From Squalus acanthias (Eukaryota): DNA of 24,786 nt. Under the pieces are notes generated by a model. It worked only from the letters and a program-made list of their open reading frames with translations, was not told the DNA's origin and did not search any database. Every line of letters starts with the position of its first letter. Position 1 is the stretch's first letter. The DNA is taken from contig JASTWF010000340.1 of assembly GCA_030390025.1 (NCBI GenBank), positions 496,001 through 520,786 on the forward strand, read 5' to 3'. Of this stretch, positions 1 to 10,958 are shown one piece after another. The translations under genes and the position numbers were made by a program.

Positions 1-1467
1 TTTATCAGAGTGTTACAGTGAGGGGGTTGGTGTATATCAGAGTGTTACAGTGAGGGGTGTGGGGTTTATCAGCGTGTTGCAGTGAGGTGTGTGGGGTATA
101 TCAGAGAGTTGCAGTGAGGTGTGTGGGGTATATCAGAGTGTTACAGTGAGGAGTGTGGGGTATATCCGAGTGTTACAGTGAGGGGTGTGCAGTATATCAG
201 AGTGTAACAGTGTGGGGGATGGGGTATATCAGAGTATTACAGTGAGGTGTGTGCGGTTTATCAGCGTGTTGCAGCGAGGAATATGAGGTATATCAGAGAG
301 TTACAGTGAGGTGTGTGGTGTATATCACAGTGTTACAGTGAGGGGTGTGGGGTTTATCAGCATGCTGCAGTGAGGTGTGTGCAGTATATCATAGTTTTAC
401 CGTGAGCGGTATGGGGTATATCAGTGTTACAGTGAGGTGTGTGGGGTATATCAGAGTGTTACAATAAGGGGTGTGGGGTTTATTAATATGTTGCAGTGAG
501 ATGTGTGGGTTTTATCAGCATGTTACATTGAAGTGTGTGGGATATATCAGTGTGTTACAGTGAGGGGTGTGGGGTTTATCAGCGTGTTGCAGTGAGGTGT
601 GTGGGGTATTTCAGAGTTACAGTGAGTCATGTGGGGTATATCATTGTGTTAATGTGAAGGGTGTGGGATATCTCAGTGTATTACAGTGAGAGGTGATGGC
701 TAAATCACATTTTAACAGCTAGGGGTGTGGTATATACCAGTGTGTTAAAGTGAGGTGAGTGGGGTATATCGTTCTGTTACAGTGAGAGGTTTGGAATATG
801 TAAGAGAGGATTAAAGTAAGGGGTATATCAGAGTGCTACAGTGAGGTGTGTGAGGTATACCCGCGTGTTACAGTAAGGGCTGTGTGGGGTATAGCAGAGT
901 GTTATAGTCAGGGGCGTGGGTTTATATCAGAGTGTTAAAGTGAGGTGAGTGGGGTATATTGGTCTGTTACAGTGAGAGGGTTGGAATATGTAAGAGAGGA
1001 TTAAAGTAAGGGGTATATCAGAGTGTTACACTGAGGTGTGTGAGGTGTATCAGTGTGTTACAGTAAGGGATGTGTGAGGTATATCAGAGTGTTATAGTCA
1101 GGGGCATGGGTTTATATCAGCGTGTTCCAGTGAGGGGTGTTGGGTACATCGATATTTACAGTGAGGGGTGTGTGGGGTATATCAGAGTGTTGTAGTCAGC
1201 GGAGTGGGTTTACGTCAAAGTGCTACAGTGAGGGGTGTGGGGTACATCAGGGTAATACAATAAGCGGTGTTGGGTTAATTATCACAGTGTTACAGTGAGA
1301 GGTGTGGTGTATAACGGAGTGTTACAGTCAGGGGTGCGGGTTTATATCATTGTGTTACATTGAGGGGTGTCGGGTATATCAGAGTGTTACAGTGAGGGGT
1401 ATGGAGTATATCAGAGAGTGTTACAGTGAGGGGTGTGGGATAAAACGGTGTGTTACAGTGAGAGGTT
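1..1467. repeat. G-rich minisatellite, ~30-32 bp unit (GGGGTATATCAGAGTGTTACAGTGAGGGGTGT), degenerate
   Basis: The unit recurs visibly throughout the interval. A higher-order duplication of variant units is present (~740-925 vs ~930-1115, both with GGAATATGTAAGAGAGGATTAAAGTAAG). Confidence 0.95.
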
Positions 1468-2305
1468 TAAGAACATAAGAATGTAAGAAATAGGAGCAGG
1501 AGTAGGCCATTCGACCCTTGAGCCTGCTCCGGATTCAATGAGACCATGGCTGTATTTCTGCCTCAATTCCTTTCACCGGCCTTATCTCGATATCCCTTGA
1601 TGCCCTTACTAGGCAGAAATCTATTGACTTCTGTTTTGAATATTCCCACTGACTGAGCCTCCAAGCCCTCTGGGGTAGAGAATTCCAAAGATTCACCACA
1701 CTCTGTGTGAAGAAATGTCTTTATTAGAGTTAGATATATTTCTTAAGTCTAAGGGGATCAAGGGATATGGGGAGAAAGCAGGGACAGGGTACTGAATTTG
1801 GATGATCAGCCATGATCGCATTGAATGGCGGAGCAGGCTCGAGGGGCCGAATTGCCTACTCCTGCTCCTATCTTCCATGTTTCTACGTTTCTATGCTTCT
1901 CATCTCAGTCCTGAATGGCCTACCCTTTATCATGAAGCTGTGGCCCCTGGTTCTACACTCCCCAGCCAAGGGAAACATTCTCCCAGCATCCAACCTATCA
2001 AGCCCTGTAATAATTTTGTATGCTTCAATGAGATCCCCACTAATTCTTCTGAATTCAAGAGAATACAGGCCTAGTTTTCTCAATATCTTCTCATACGACA
2101 GATCCGCCTTCCCAGGAATCAATCTCGTGAACCTTCGTTGCGCTCCCTCTATGGCAAATATATCCTTCCTTAGGTAAGGAGACCAAAACTGTACACAGTA
2201 CTCCTGGTGTGGTCTCTCCAAGGCCCTATATAAAGGGAGTAAGACTTCTTTACTCCTGTACTCAAATCCTCTTGTAATGAAGGCCAGCATAACATTTGCC
2301 TTCCT
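1468..2305 (-). mobile_element. 5'-truncated CR1 LINE (RT C-terminus + 3'UTR), interrupted by a nested insertion at ~1720-1895
   Basis: ORF 1883-2290 carries the CR1 motifs LYRALERPHQEYCVQFWSPY, AQRRFTRLIP and RTRGHS. The (TTCTTATG)-type tail appears as TAAGAACATAAGAA at 1468. The minisatellite resumes at 2306. Confidence 0.93.
1720..1895 (+). mobile_element. Short CR1 3'-end (last codons + 3'UTR + TTTCTATG tail) nested in opposite orientation
   Basis: Reads GGGATCAAGGGATATGGGGAG...ATTGAATGGCGGAGCAGGCTCGAGGGGCCGAATTGCCTACTCCTGCTCCTA followed by a CATGTTTCTACGTTTCTATG tail. The host CR1 reads GAAGAAAT before it and CTTCTCATCTCAG after it. Confidence 0.9.
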
Positions 2306-3110
2306 GGGGGTATGTAAGAGAGTGTTACAGTCAGGAGTGTGGAGTATATCAGAGTGTTATAGTGTGGGGTGTGGGGTATATCAGATCATAATAGTGATTT
2401 GTGTGGGGTACATCGGAGTGTTACAGTGAGGGATGTGGGGTATATCAGAGAGTTACAGTGAGGGGTGTGGGGTATATCAGCGTGTTGCAGCGAGGTGTGT
2501 GGGGTATATCAGAGTTACAGTGAGGGGTATGGAGTATATCAGAGAGTTACAGTGAGGGGTGTGGGGTTTATCAGCGTGTTGCACCGAGGTGTGGGAGGTA
2601 TATCAGAGTGTTATAGTGAGGGGTGTAGGGTATATCAGATTATTATAGTGATGGGTGTGGGGTACATCAGAGTGTTACAGTGAGGAGTGTGGAGCATATC
2701 AGAGTGTTATAGTGAGGGGTGTGGGGTTTATCAGCGTGTTGCAGTGAGGGGTGTGGGGTATATCAGTGTGTTACAGTGAGGGGTGTGGGGTATATCAGTG
2801 TGTTACAATGAGGTGTGTGGGGTATATCATAGTGTTACAATGAGGGGTGTGTGGTATATCAGTGTGTCACAGTGAGGGGTGTGGAGTGTATCATCAGCGT
2901 GTTACAGTGAGGGGTGTTCAGTATCTCAGTGTTACAATGAGGTGTGTGGGGTATATCAGTGTGTTACTGTGAGAGGTTTGGGGTATGAAAGAGAGTGGAG
3001 TGTATCTGAGTGTTGCAGCGAGCGTTGTGGGTATATCATAGTGTAGTGAGCTATACCAGAGTGTTAAAGTGAATGGTGTGGGGTATATCAGAATGTTAAA
3101 GTGAGGTATG
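2306..3110. repeat. Continuation of the ~30-32 bp G-rich minisatellite
   Basis: Same unit as 1-1467. Confidence 0.95.
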
Positions 3111-3150
3111 TGGTCCATTACTCTGTATCTAATCCATGGGTACCTGCCTG

Positions 3151-3287
3151 TTCCAATGAAAGGTCAACGACCTGAAACGTTAACTCTGTTTCTCGCTCCA
3201 CAGATGCTGCCTGACCTGCTGAGTATTTCCAGCATTTTCTGTTTTTACTTCAGATTTCCAGCATGCACAGTATTTTTCTTTTGTGCG
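3151..3287 (+). mobile_element. Penelope-like retroelement terminal fragment with 8 bp TSD, inserted in a 67-bp satellite unit
   Basis: Sequence ATGAAAGGTCAACGACCTGAAACGTTAACTCTGTTTCTCGCTCCACAGATGCTGCCTGACCTGCTGAG, flanked by CCTGCCTG at 3143-3150 and 3288-3295. The family call comes from resemblance to Penelope termini and was not searched. Confidence 0.7.
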
Positions 3288-3328
3288 CCTGCCTGGAGTT
3301 ATTTGATGGGACAGTATTGAGGGCGCGT

Positions 3329-4157
3329 TAAGAACATAAGAAATAGGAGCAGGAGTCGGCCATTTGGCCCTTCGAGCCTGCTCCGCCATTCAATATGATC
3401 ATGGCTGTTCTTCTACCTCATCTCCACTTTCCTGCACTATCCCCATATCCCTTGATTCCCTCAATATTATAAAGCCTATCGATCTGTGTCTTGAATATAC
3501 TCAATGATTGCGTCTCCACAGCCCTCTCTGCTATAGAATTCCAAGGATTCACCACCCTCTGAATGAAGAAATTTCACCTAATCTCAGTCCTAAATGGCCG
3601 ACCCCATATTCTGAGACTGTGACCCCTGGTTCGAGACTCCCAGGCTAGGGGAAACATCCTCCCTGCATCTAACCAGTCAAGCATAGTAAGCATTTTGCAT
3701 GTTTCAATTAGATCACACCTCATTCTTCTAAGCTCTAGAGAATATAAGCTTCGTCTGCTCAAACTCTCCTCGTAGGACAATTCCCCCATCCCAGAAACCA
3801 GTCTGGTGAACCTTCCTTGCACTCCCTTTTGACAAGTATATCCTTCCTTAGGTAAGGAGACCAACAATGTACACAGTACTCCAGGAGTGTATCTCACCAG
3901 GGCCCAATATAATTGCAATAAGACGTCTTTACTTTTATACTCAAATCCTCTTGTAATGACGGCCAACATACCATTTGCTTTCCTCATTGCTTGCTGTACC
4001 TGCAGGTTAACGTTCAGTGATTCGTGTACAAGGACACCCAGGTCCCTCTGAATACCAACATTTCCCAATCTCTCACCATTTAAAAAATACTCTAGTGGGA
4101 AAAATAGAAAAGCAAAGTGGATAACTTCACATTTCTCAGCATTATATTCCATCCACA
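3329..4157 (-). mobile_element. 5'-truncated CR1 LINE
   Basis: ORF 3574-4158 has MEYNAEKCEVIHF, QRDLGVLV, KANGML and RTRGHSLRI. The 3'UTR and tail lie at 3329-3460. It is frameshifted and has a small deletion. Confidence 0.93.
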
Positions 4158-4306
4158 TATTACGTCCACGTAAGTTATTAGAACATTAATCACAATGCAA
4201 CCAGACAATCAATAAATATAAAGTGTTGTAGTTCTTTAATTCGCAGTATTAAAAAGCACTGAACAAAATAGGGAGTGTGATAGCTTGATCTTGGTCTCGG
4301 AAAATG

Positions 4307-4384
4307 CTCGGCACAACATCGAGGGCCGAAGGGCCTGTACTGTGCTGTACTGTTCTATGTTCTATGTTCTATGTTCTATGTTCT
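4307..4384 (+). mobile_element. Very short CR1-type 3' terminus with (TTCTATG)n tail and AAAATG TSD
   Basis: GGGCCGAAGGGCCTGTACTGTGCTGTACTG followed by four TTCTATG units. AAAATG occurs at 4301-4306 and 4385-4390. Confidence 0.8.
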
Positions 4385-4499
4385 AAAATGTGTATCCGTA
4401 TTTTCAACTTCAATAACTTCCATGAAGAAACGCGGTTTTCTTGAACCAACACATCACCCATGTAACAGGTCAGAAATGCAGCACTTATTCAAAAGTGCA

Positions 4500-4945
4500 G
4501 AAAAACACATACACAATTTGTGTCACTGAATTATAAACAAAAAGCAGGAAAAACTGTGATTTAACAGAAATAAACAGCTGTCTTTCTTTCTGGACAGGAG
4601 AACCAGTCAGACTGACTTGGAAATGTTTACTCATATGTTGATGTAAAGAGTTATAATTTACCAATTTCGCTCCTAGTGTTTTTCTCTCCGACATTCTCCA
4701 CAATATTATTCCTGCTCTTATCAAGAAAAATGTTGAATTATTTTAGGTACTTCACAATTAAAAGCGGGGAACAAACTTCATTGTACTCACAATTTTTAAT
4801 CTCCTATATCAAACATTCAATCGAATTGTACGTTATCAGTTTAATCAAAGTGTTTTCTGTGTCTTTTCAATAAACAAATAAAATAGTTACCTGCAATTTT
4901 TTTACATCATTACATATCTCTTGTTTCTGTTAACAATTCCCTAAA
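4500..4945 (-). repeat. Diverged inverted homologue of 18560-19030 / 22985-23460 (unclassified AT-rich segment)
   Basis: Its reverse complement aligns by eye through TTGATTAAACTGATAACGTACAATT, GATAAGAGCAGG, GGTAAATTATAA and CCAAGTCAGTCTGACTGGTTCT. Confidence 0.88.
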
Positions 4946-5609
4946 TGTATAAGATGCAATCTATCTTTACATTATTCCTGTGACTTGTTTGGACTATAGA
5001 ACGACAGGCAAAATAAAAGGGTTTTTATTTTTCCCTTTTTTCGTTCTCTTCCTCTATGTCTTAATGGTATATCTTTTTAAAATTCATTTAAAAGTAATTT
5101 GTAACTCCTACAAATCCTCCCCTGCCCTCCCCCTCCTCAGCACCATGGTTGCCTGTTTGTGTAAAGCTACTCACTTCACTTGATCGCTCACAATCAAAAG
5201 TTGAGAAAATTCAATTTTAAAACATTTTAAGCATTTCAGAACCTCTTTAAAAACGTTTGGACTTCAAGACCTGGTTGATACTTGTTTAGCTGAGGAGGAA
5301 ATTGATTTTTGCTTCTCTTTCTTGCAAAATCATATTCAAAACTTAGGGGGGGGGGGAAATGTATTTAACGCTAATTTATTGTGAAAAGTTCATTAAAAAT
5401 CTTTAAATTCTTTCAAGTCTCGTTGCAGCTTTGACAGAAGAAGTTGCTCCAAGTTTCTATTTCCCCCTTCAATGCTGTCGTTAAACATACAACAACAAAA
5501 TAAAATAAAGTATAATTCCAAACGGAGTTCAAATCAGAAAGTGAATAACATGGTTAAACTTGCTAAGAAGGCGGCGAGGTTTCTCTCACCAGCCCTGGCG
5601 ATGAGTTGG

Positions 5610-5760
5610 GATCAGTGCTGTACTTGCCCTGGGAGCATTTGATTGGGACAGTGCAGAGAGCTTTAATCTTTATATAACCGGTGCTGTTATTGCCCGGGGA
5701 ATGTTTGATGGGACAATGCAGACGGAGCTTTACTTTGCATCCCGGGTGTTTGGGTATTGG
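5610..5760 (+). repeat. Degenerate 67-bp satellite units (~2)
   Basis: GTGCTGTACTTGCCCTGGGAGCATTTGATTGGGACAGTGCAGAGAGCTTTA. Confidence 0.8.
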
Positions 5761-5854
5761 GCCCCTCCGCCCGCTGCAGCTCACTGTGCGAACTATGAAT
5801 TTAAGTGCTCAGGATCTTACAGATAGCCGCGCGGCCAAGAACCTTCCAGGGAAC

Positions 5855-6022
5855 ATTGCTCAGCAGGTCAGGCAGCATCTGTGGAGAGAGAAACAGAGTC
5901 AATGTTTCAGCTCGATGACCTTTCATCAGAACTGGAAAATGTTACATTTGTAACAGATTTTAAGCATGTATAGAGGCAGGGAAAGTGGGGGATGGGAGGA
6001 AAGAACAAAAGGGAAGGTCTGT
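5855..6022 (-). mobile_element. Second Penelope-like terminal fragment
   Basis: Reverse complement of the 3151-3287 element (CAGCAGGTCAGGCAGCATCTGTGGAGAGAGAAACAGAG...GACCTTTCATCAGAAC), extended by a purine-rich tract. Confidence 0.7.
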
Positions 6023-6265
6023 GTTCTACCTGCCCTGGGTGTATTTGGTGGGATTGGGTAGCGGGAGCTTTACTCGTGATGTACTTGCCTTTGGTGAATT
6101 TAATGGCTCAGTGCAGAGGGAGATTTACCCAATACCTAACAGGTGCTGCACCTGCCGTGGAAATGTTTGATGAGGCAGTGTAGAAGTAGATTTAACCTGT
6201 ATCTAACCCATGCTGTACCTGCTCTTGGAGTATTTGATGGGGCAGTGTAGAAGGAACTTTAATCT
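6023..6265 (+). repeat. Degenerate 67-bp satellite units (~3.5)
   Basis: Repeated TACCTGCC...TTTGATG...CAGTGTAGA. Confidence 0.8.
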
Positions 6266-6735
6266 ATTACATTACATTGTATTTATAGCACAGAAACAGA
6301 CCATTCAGCCCAACAGGTCCATGCCGGTGGTTCTGCTCCACACGAGCCTCCTCCCACCCTACTTCATCGCAATCCTTCTATTCCTTTCTCCCTCATGTAC
6401 TTATCCAGCTTCCCCTAAAATGCATTGATGTTATTCGCCTCAACTACTCCATGTGGCAGCGAGTTCCACATTCTCACCACTCGCTGGGTAAAGATGTTTC
6501 TCCTGAATTCTTTGTTGGATTTATTAGTGACTATAGAAACATAGAAACATAGAATCTAGGAGCAGGAGTAGGCCACTCGGCCCGTCGAGCCTGCTCCACC
6601 ATTCAATACGATCATGGCTGATCATCCAAATCCAGTACCCTGTCCCTGCTTTAATCCCCACAGTACACATATCCCACCCTACCCCCGTAACCCCACGTAT
6701 TTAATTCCCATCCTACCTTATATTGATGGCCATTA
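6266..6735 (-). mobile_element. Older-subfamily CR1 3' fragment with a nested younger CR1 3' end (~6534-6715)
   Basis: GCACAGAAACAGACCATTCAGCCC...GAGTTCCACATTCTCACCACTCGCTGGGTAAAG is interrupted by TAGAAACATAGAAACATAG...GGAGCAGGAGTAGGCC...CAGTACCCTGTCCCTGCTTT and resumes at TTATATTGATGGCC. Confidence 0.78.
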
Positions 6736-6745
6736 AATCATCAAA

Positions 6746-7640
6746 GCCCTGTACCTGCCCTGGGAGTGTTTGATGAGAGAGTGTAGAGGGAGCTTTACTC
6801 TGTATCTAACCCGTGCTGTACCTGCCCTGGGAGTGTTTGATGGGACAGTGTAGAGGGAGATTTACTCTGTATCTAACCCGCGCTGTACCTGCCCTGGGAG
6901 TGTTTGATGGGACAGTGTAGAGGGAGATTTACTCTGTATCTAACCCGTGCTCTACCTGCCCTGGGAGTGTTTGATGGGACAGTGTAGAGGGAGATTTACT
7001 CTGTATCTAACCCGTGCTGTACCTGCCCTGGGAATGTTGATGGGACAGTGTAGAGGGTGCTTTACTCTATATCTAACCCCGTGCTCTACCTGCACTGGGA
7101 GTGTTTGATGAGACAGTGTAGAGGGACCTTTACTCTGTATCTAACCCGTGCTCTACCTGCCCTGGGAGTGTTTGATGGGACAGTGTAGAGGGAGATTTAC
7201 TCTGTATCTAACCCGCGCTGTACCTGCCCTGGGCGTGTTTGATGCAACAGTGCAGAGGGCGCTTTACTCTGTATCTAACCCGTGCTGGACCTGCCCTGGG
7301 AATGTTTGATGGGGGAGTGTAGAGGGAGTTTTACTCTGTATCTAACCCCGTGCTCTACCTGCACTGGGAGTGTTTGATGAGACAGTGTAGAGGGACCTTT
7401 ACTCTGTATCTAACCCGTGCTCTACCTGCCCTGGGAGTGTTTGATGGGACAGTGTAGAGGGAGATTTACTCTGTATCTAACCCGTGCTGTACCTGCCCTG
7501 GGAGTGTTTGATGGGACATTGTAGAGGGAGCTTTACTCTGTAACCAACCCCTGTACTGGCTGCCCTGGGAGTGTTTGATGGGGCCAGTATAAGACAGCTG
7601 TACTCTGTTTCTAACCCGTATTGTACCTGCCTGTGAGTGT
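6746..7640 (+). repeat. 67-bp tandem satellite, ~13 homogeneous units (CTGTACCTGCCCTGGGAGTGTTTGATGGGACAGTGTAGAGGGAGMTTTACTCTGTATCTAACCCGTG)
   Basis: GTGTAGAGGG recurs at 6781, 6848 and 6915 (period 67). Confidence 0.97.
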
Positions 7641-7859
7641 AACCCACTCCAACAACGCCTTTTAACACCCCCCCGGCTGTCACCCGTCCTGCCGTTTTTC
7701 CTCCCCATCTGTATCTCTAACTCCTCGATCCCCTTGAACTGCCCGTTTTTATCACCCCTGTTAATTCATCCCCTCCGCTGTCTCTAATGAACCAGTTTAT
7801 CTCCATCTCCCCTGTAAAATATCCTCCCTATACGACGACCTGTGTAATGCCCCTGTGAT

Positions 7860-9540
7860 ACTCCATTCCACACCCCTGTATAATAACTGTGTATAGAGAG
7901 CCCTGTGACACCCCCTTTAAATTATACCCTCTGACACCCCCTGTAAACTATACCCGTGACACCCCACTGTATACTATACCCGTAACACTCCCCCCAGTAT
8001 ATTATACCCGTGACACACCGTTTACTATACCCGTGACACCACCTCTATACTATACCCGTGACACTCCCCCTGTATCTTATACCATGACACTCCCCTGTAT
8101 ACTATACCCCTGTGATACACCCCTGTATACTATATCCCGTGACACCCCACTGTATACTATACCAATGACACTCCCCCTGTATACTATATCCGTGTAACAC
8201 CGTTTACGATACCCGTGACACTCTCCTGTATACTAGACCTGTGACACCCCCTATATACTATACCCGGGACACTTCACTGTATACTATACCCGTGACACCC
8301 CCTGTATACTATACCCGTGACACCCCCTGTATACTATACCCGTGACACCCCCCGTATACTATACCCCAGTGACACTCCCCCATATACTATACCCATCTGA
8401 CACCACTTCTATATTATACCTGTGACACCCCCAGTATACTATACCCGTGACAATCCCCTGGATACTATACCGCCGTGACACACCCTGTACTCTATACCCT
8501 TGTGACACCACCCCCTGTATACTATACCCCAGTGACACCCCCCTGTATATTTTACCTGTGAAACCCCCCTGAATACTATACCCGTGACAACCCCTGTATA
8601 CTGTAGCCCTGTGAAACCACCCATGTATATTACACCCGTGACACTCCCCTGTATACTATACTCATGACATCCCCCCTGTATACTATACCCATGACACCCC
8701 CTGTATGCTATAACCAGTGACACCCCCCTTTATACTATGCCCCTGTGACACACCCTCTATACTATAACCCTGTGACAACCCCCTGCATACTATACCCCGT
8801 GACACCCCCTTGTATACAATAACCCTGTGACACCCCCCTGTGTACTATACCCCTGTGACACTCCCCTGTATACTATAACCCTGTGACACCCCCCTGTATA
8901 CTATACCCCTGTGACACCCCCCTGTATACTATAACCGTGTGACAACCCCCTGTATACTACACCCCATGACAACCCCTTGTACACTATAACCATGACAATC
9001 CCAATTAATACTATACCCGTGACACCCCCCGTACACTATTCGCCTGTAACACACACCCCTGTATACTATACCCCTGTGGCACCCCTCTGTATACTATACC
9101 CGTGCCACTCCCCTGTATACTATACCAGTGACACACCCTGTATACAACACCCCTGTGACACACCCCTGTTTACTGTAGCCGTGACATCCCCTGTATAATA
9201 TACCCGTGACATCCCCTGTATACAATACCTGTGACACCCCCCTGTAAACTATACCCGTGACACACCCCAGTATAATATAGTCCTGTGACACTCCCTTGTA
9301 TACTATAACCCTGTGGCAACCCTCTGTATACTACACTCTGTGACACCCCCTATATACTATACCCGTGACACGTACCCCTGTATACTATACCCCAGAGACA
9401 CTCCCCTGTATACTATAACCCTGTGACACCACCCCTGTATACTAGACCCCTGTGACATCCCCTGTATACTGTACCGCTGTGTGAAACCCCTGTATCGTAT
9501 AAACACGTGATACCCCCTGTATACTATACCCCTGTGGCAC
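7860..9540. repeat. C-rich minisatellite, ~28-32 bp unit (CTGTATACTATACCC(C/T)GTGACACCCCC)
   Basis: More than 50 visible tandem units with variable C-run lengths. Confidence 0.96.
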
Positions 9541-9840
9541 GGGAGAGTTCAAAAGCAGCGACAGCAGAGCGAGAGCGCCAAAACCCGGGAGAGTTCAAAC
9601 CCCGGAAACAGAGCGAGAGCGCCAAAACCCGGGAGACGCTGAGATACAACGGACCGGTGAGTGTAAACAAGTAAAAAGTAATCGAAGTGTGACATCACCA
9701 GAAAGCAGGTAAGTGATTGGTTGGTGAGTATTTCTCTATTTCTCGCTTTTTCCCCATACTTGAGCGTCTAAATTTAAATGACTTGGTGCAGCTTAAAATA
9801 TATAAGCGTTCCAAATTTTTAAAATAATTAATTAATTGAG

Positions 9841-10797
9841 ATGGGGGACCAGGCAATGTGTTGTTGTTGGTGCATGTGGGAGCTCGTGGACACCATTGAG
9901 ATCCAGGGCGATCACATCTGCAGCAAATGCAGGATGCTCGATGAACTTCGGCTCAGAGTTGATGAGCTGGAGTCCGAGCTTCAGACACTGCGACACATCA
10001 GGGAGGGGGAGCATTACCTGGACACTATGTTCCTGGAGGCAGTCACACCAACTAGAATAATTACTTCCAATTTGGCCCATGGTCAGGGACAGGAGGGTGT
10101 GACTACAAGCGAGGCAGGTATTGGGTTCCAGGATGAAGTGGTGGAGGAGCCTCAGCCCTTGGCCTTGTCCAACAGGTACGAGATTCTTGCTCCCTGTGTG
10201 GATGAGGCCAGGGATGGCAGGGAGAATGAGCAAACTGACCACAGCACCGTGGTAGAGGGAGCCATTCAAGTGGGGGGATCAAAAAGAAGTATTGTAGTGA
10301 TTGGGGACAGTATAGTGAGGGGGATAGATACTGTTCTCTGCAGCCATGAGCCTGAGTCCTGAAGGCGGGGTTGCCTGCCCGGTGCCAGGGTTAAGGACAT
10401 CTCCTCTGGGCTGGAGAGAAACTTGGAGCGGGAGGGAGAAGATCCAGTTGTCAATGTCCACTTAGGTACCAATGACATAGGTAGGACAAAGAAAGAGTTT
10501 CAGCTGAGAGAGTATGAGCAGCTAGGGGCTAAATTATAAAGCAGAACCACAAAGGTAATAATCTCTGGATTACTACCTGAACCACGAGCGAATTTGCACA
10601 GGGTAAATAAGATCAGAGAAATGAACGAGTGGCTCAAAGACTGGTGTGGGAGAAATGGGTTTCGATTTGTTGGGCACTGGCATCAGTACTGGGATAAGAG
10701 GGAGCTCTTCCGTTTGGACGGGCTTCTCTTGAACCATGCTGGGGCTAGAGTCCTGGCAAATCGAATAACTGGGGCTGTAGAGTGGGCTTTAAACTAA
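9841..10797 (+). pseudogene. CR1 ORF1: Zn finger (CxxC..CxxC) + leucine zipper + SGNH esterase; two premature stops
   Basis: Motifs CCWCMWE, HICSKC, LRLRVDELESEL, VIGDSIVRG, CLPGARV, VHLGTND and DGLLLN all lie in one frame, with TGA at 10360 and TAA at 10537. The catalytic His of DGLH is replaced by Leu. Confidence 0.93.
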
Positions 10798-10958
10798 ATA
10801 GTCGGTGGGAGGACCCAGGTGAGTGGGAAAATTAAAAGTCAATGAGAAATGAGAAAGCAATAGAGCAGGCTAGAGATGGGGGAACATAATAACCAGAATA
10901 TGACAGGAAGGGACAGAATGTTTAAAAATAAGAGTGTAACATAAAAAAGGTCAAAACA

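Noticed and set aside
4505..4550. V(D)J RSS-like nonamer ACAAAAAGC; CACAGTG heptamers in minisatellite
   Set aside because: No heptamer lies at 12/23 spacing, and no Ig/TCR segment is seen.
5393..5488. Short minus-strand ORF MFNDSIEGGNRNLEQLLLSKLQRDLKEFKDF with vague death-fold flavour
   Set aside because: Only 31 codons, with no convincing splice context or continuation.
6746..7640. Regular 67-bp periodicity resembling a CRISPR array
   Set aside because: The whole unit repeats, there are no unique spacers or cas genes, and the context is vertebrate. It is a satellite.
7889..9291. ORFs in minisatellites and CT tracts (also 2465-3118, 7466-7708, 17490-17838, 21937-22362)
   Set aside because: They are translations of tandem or low-complexity repeats.
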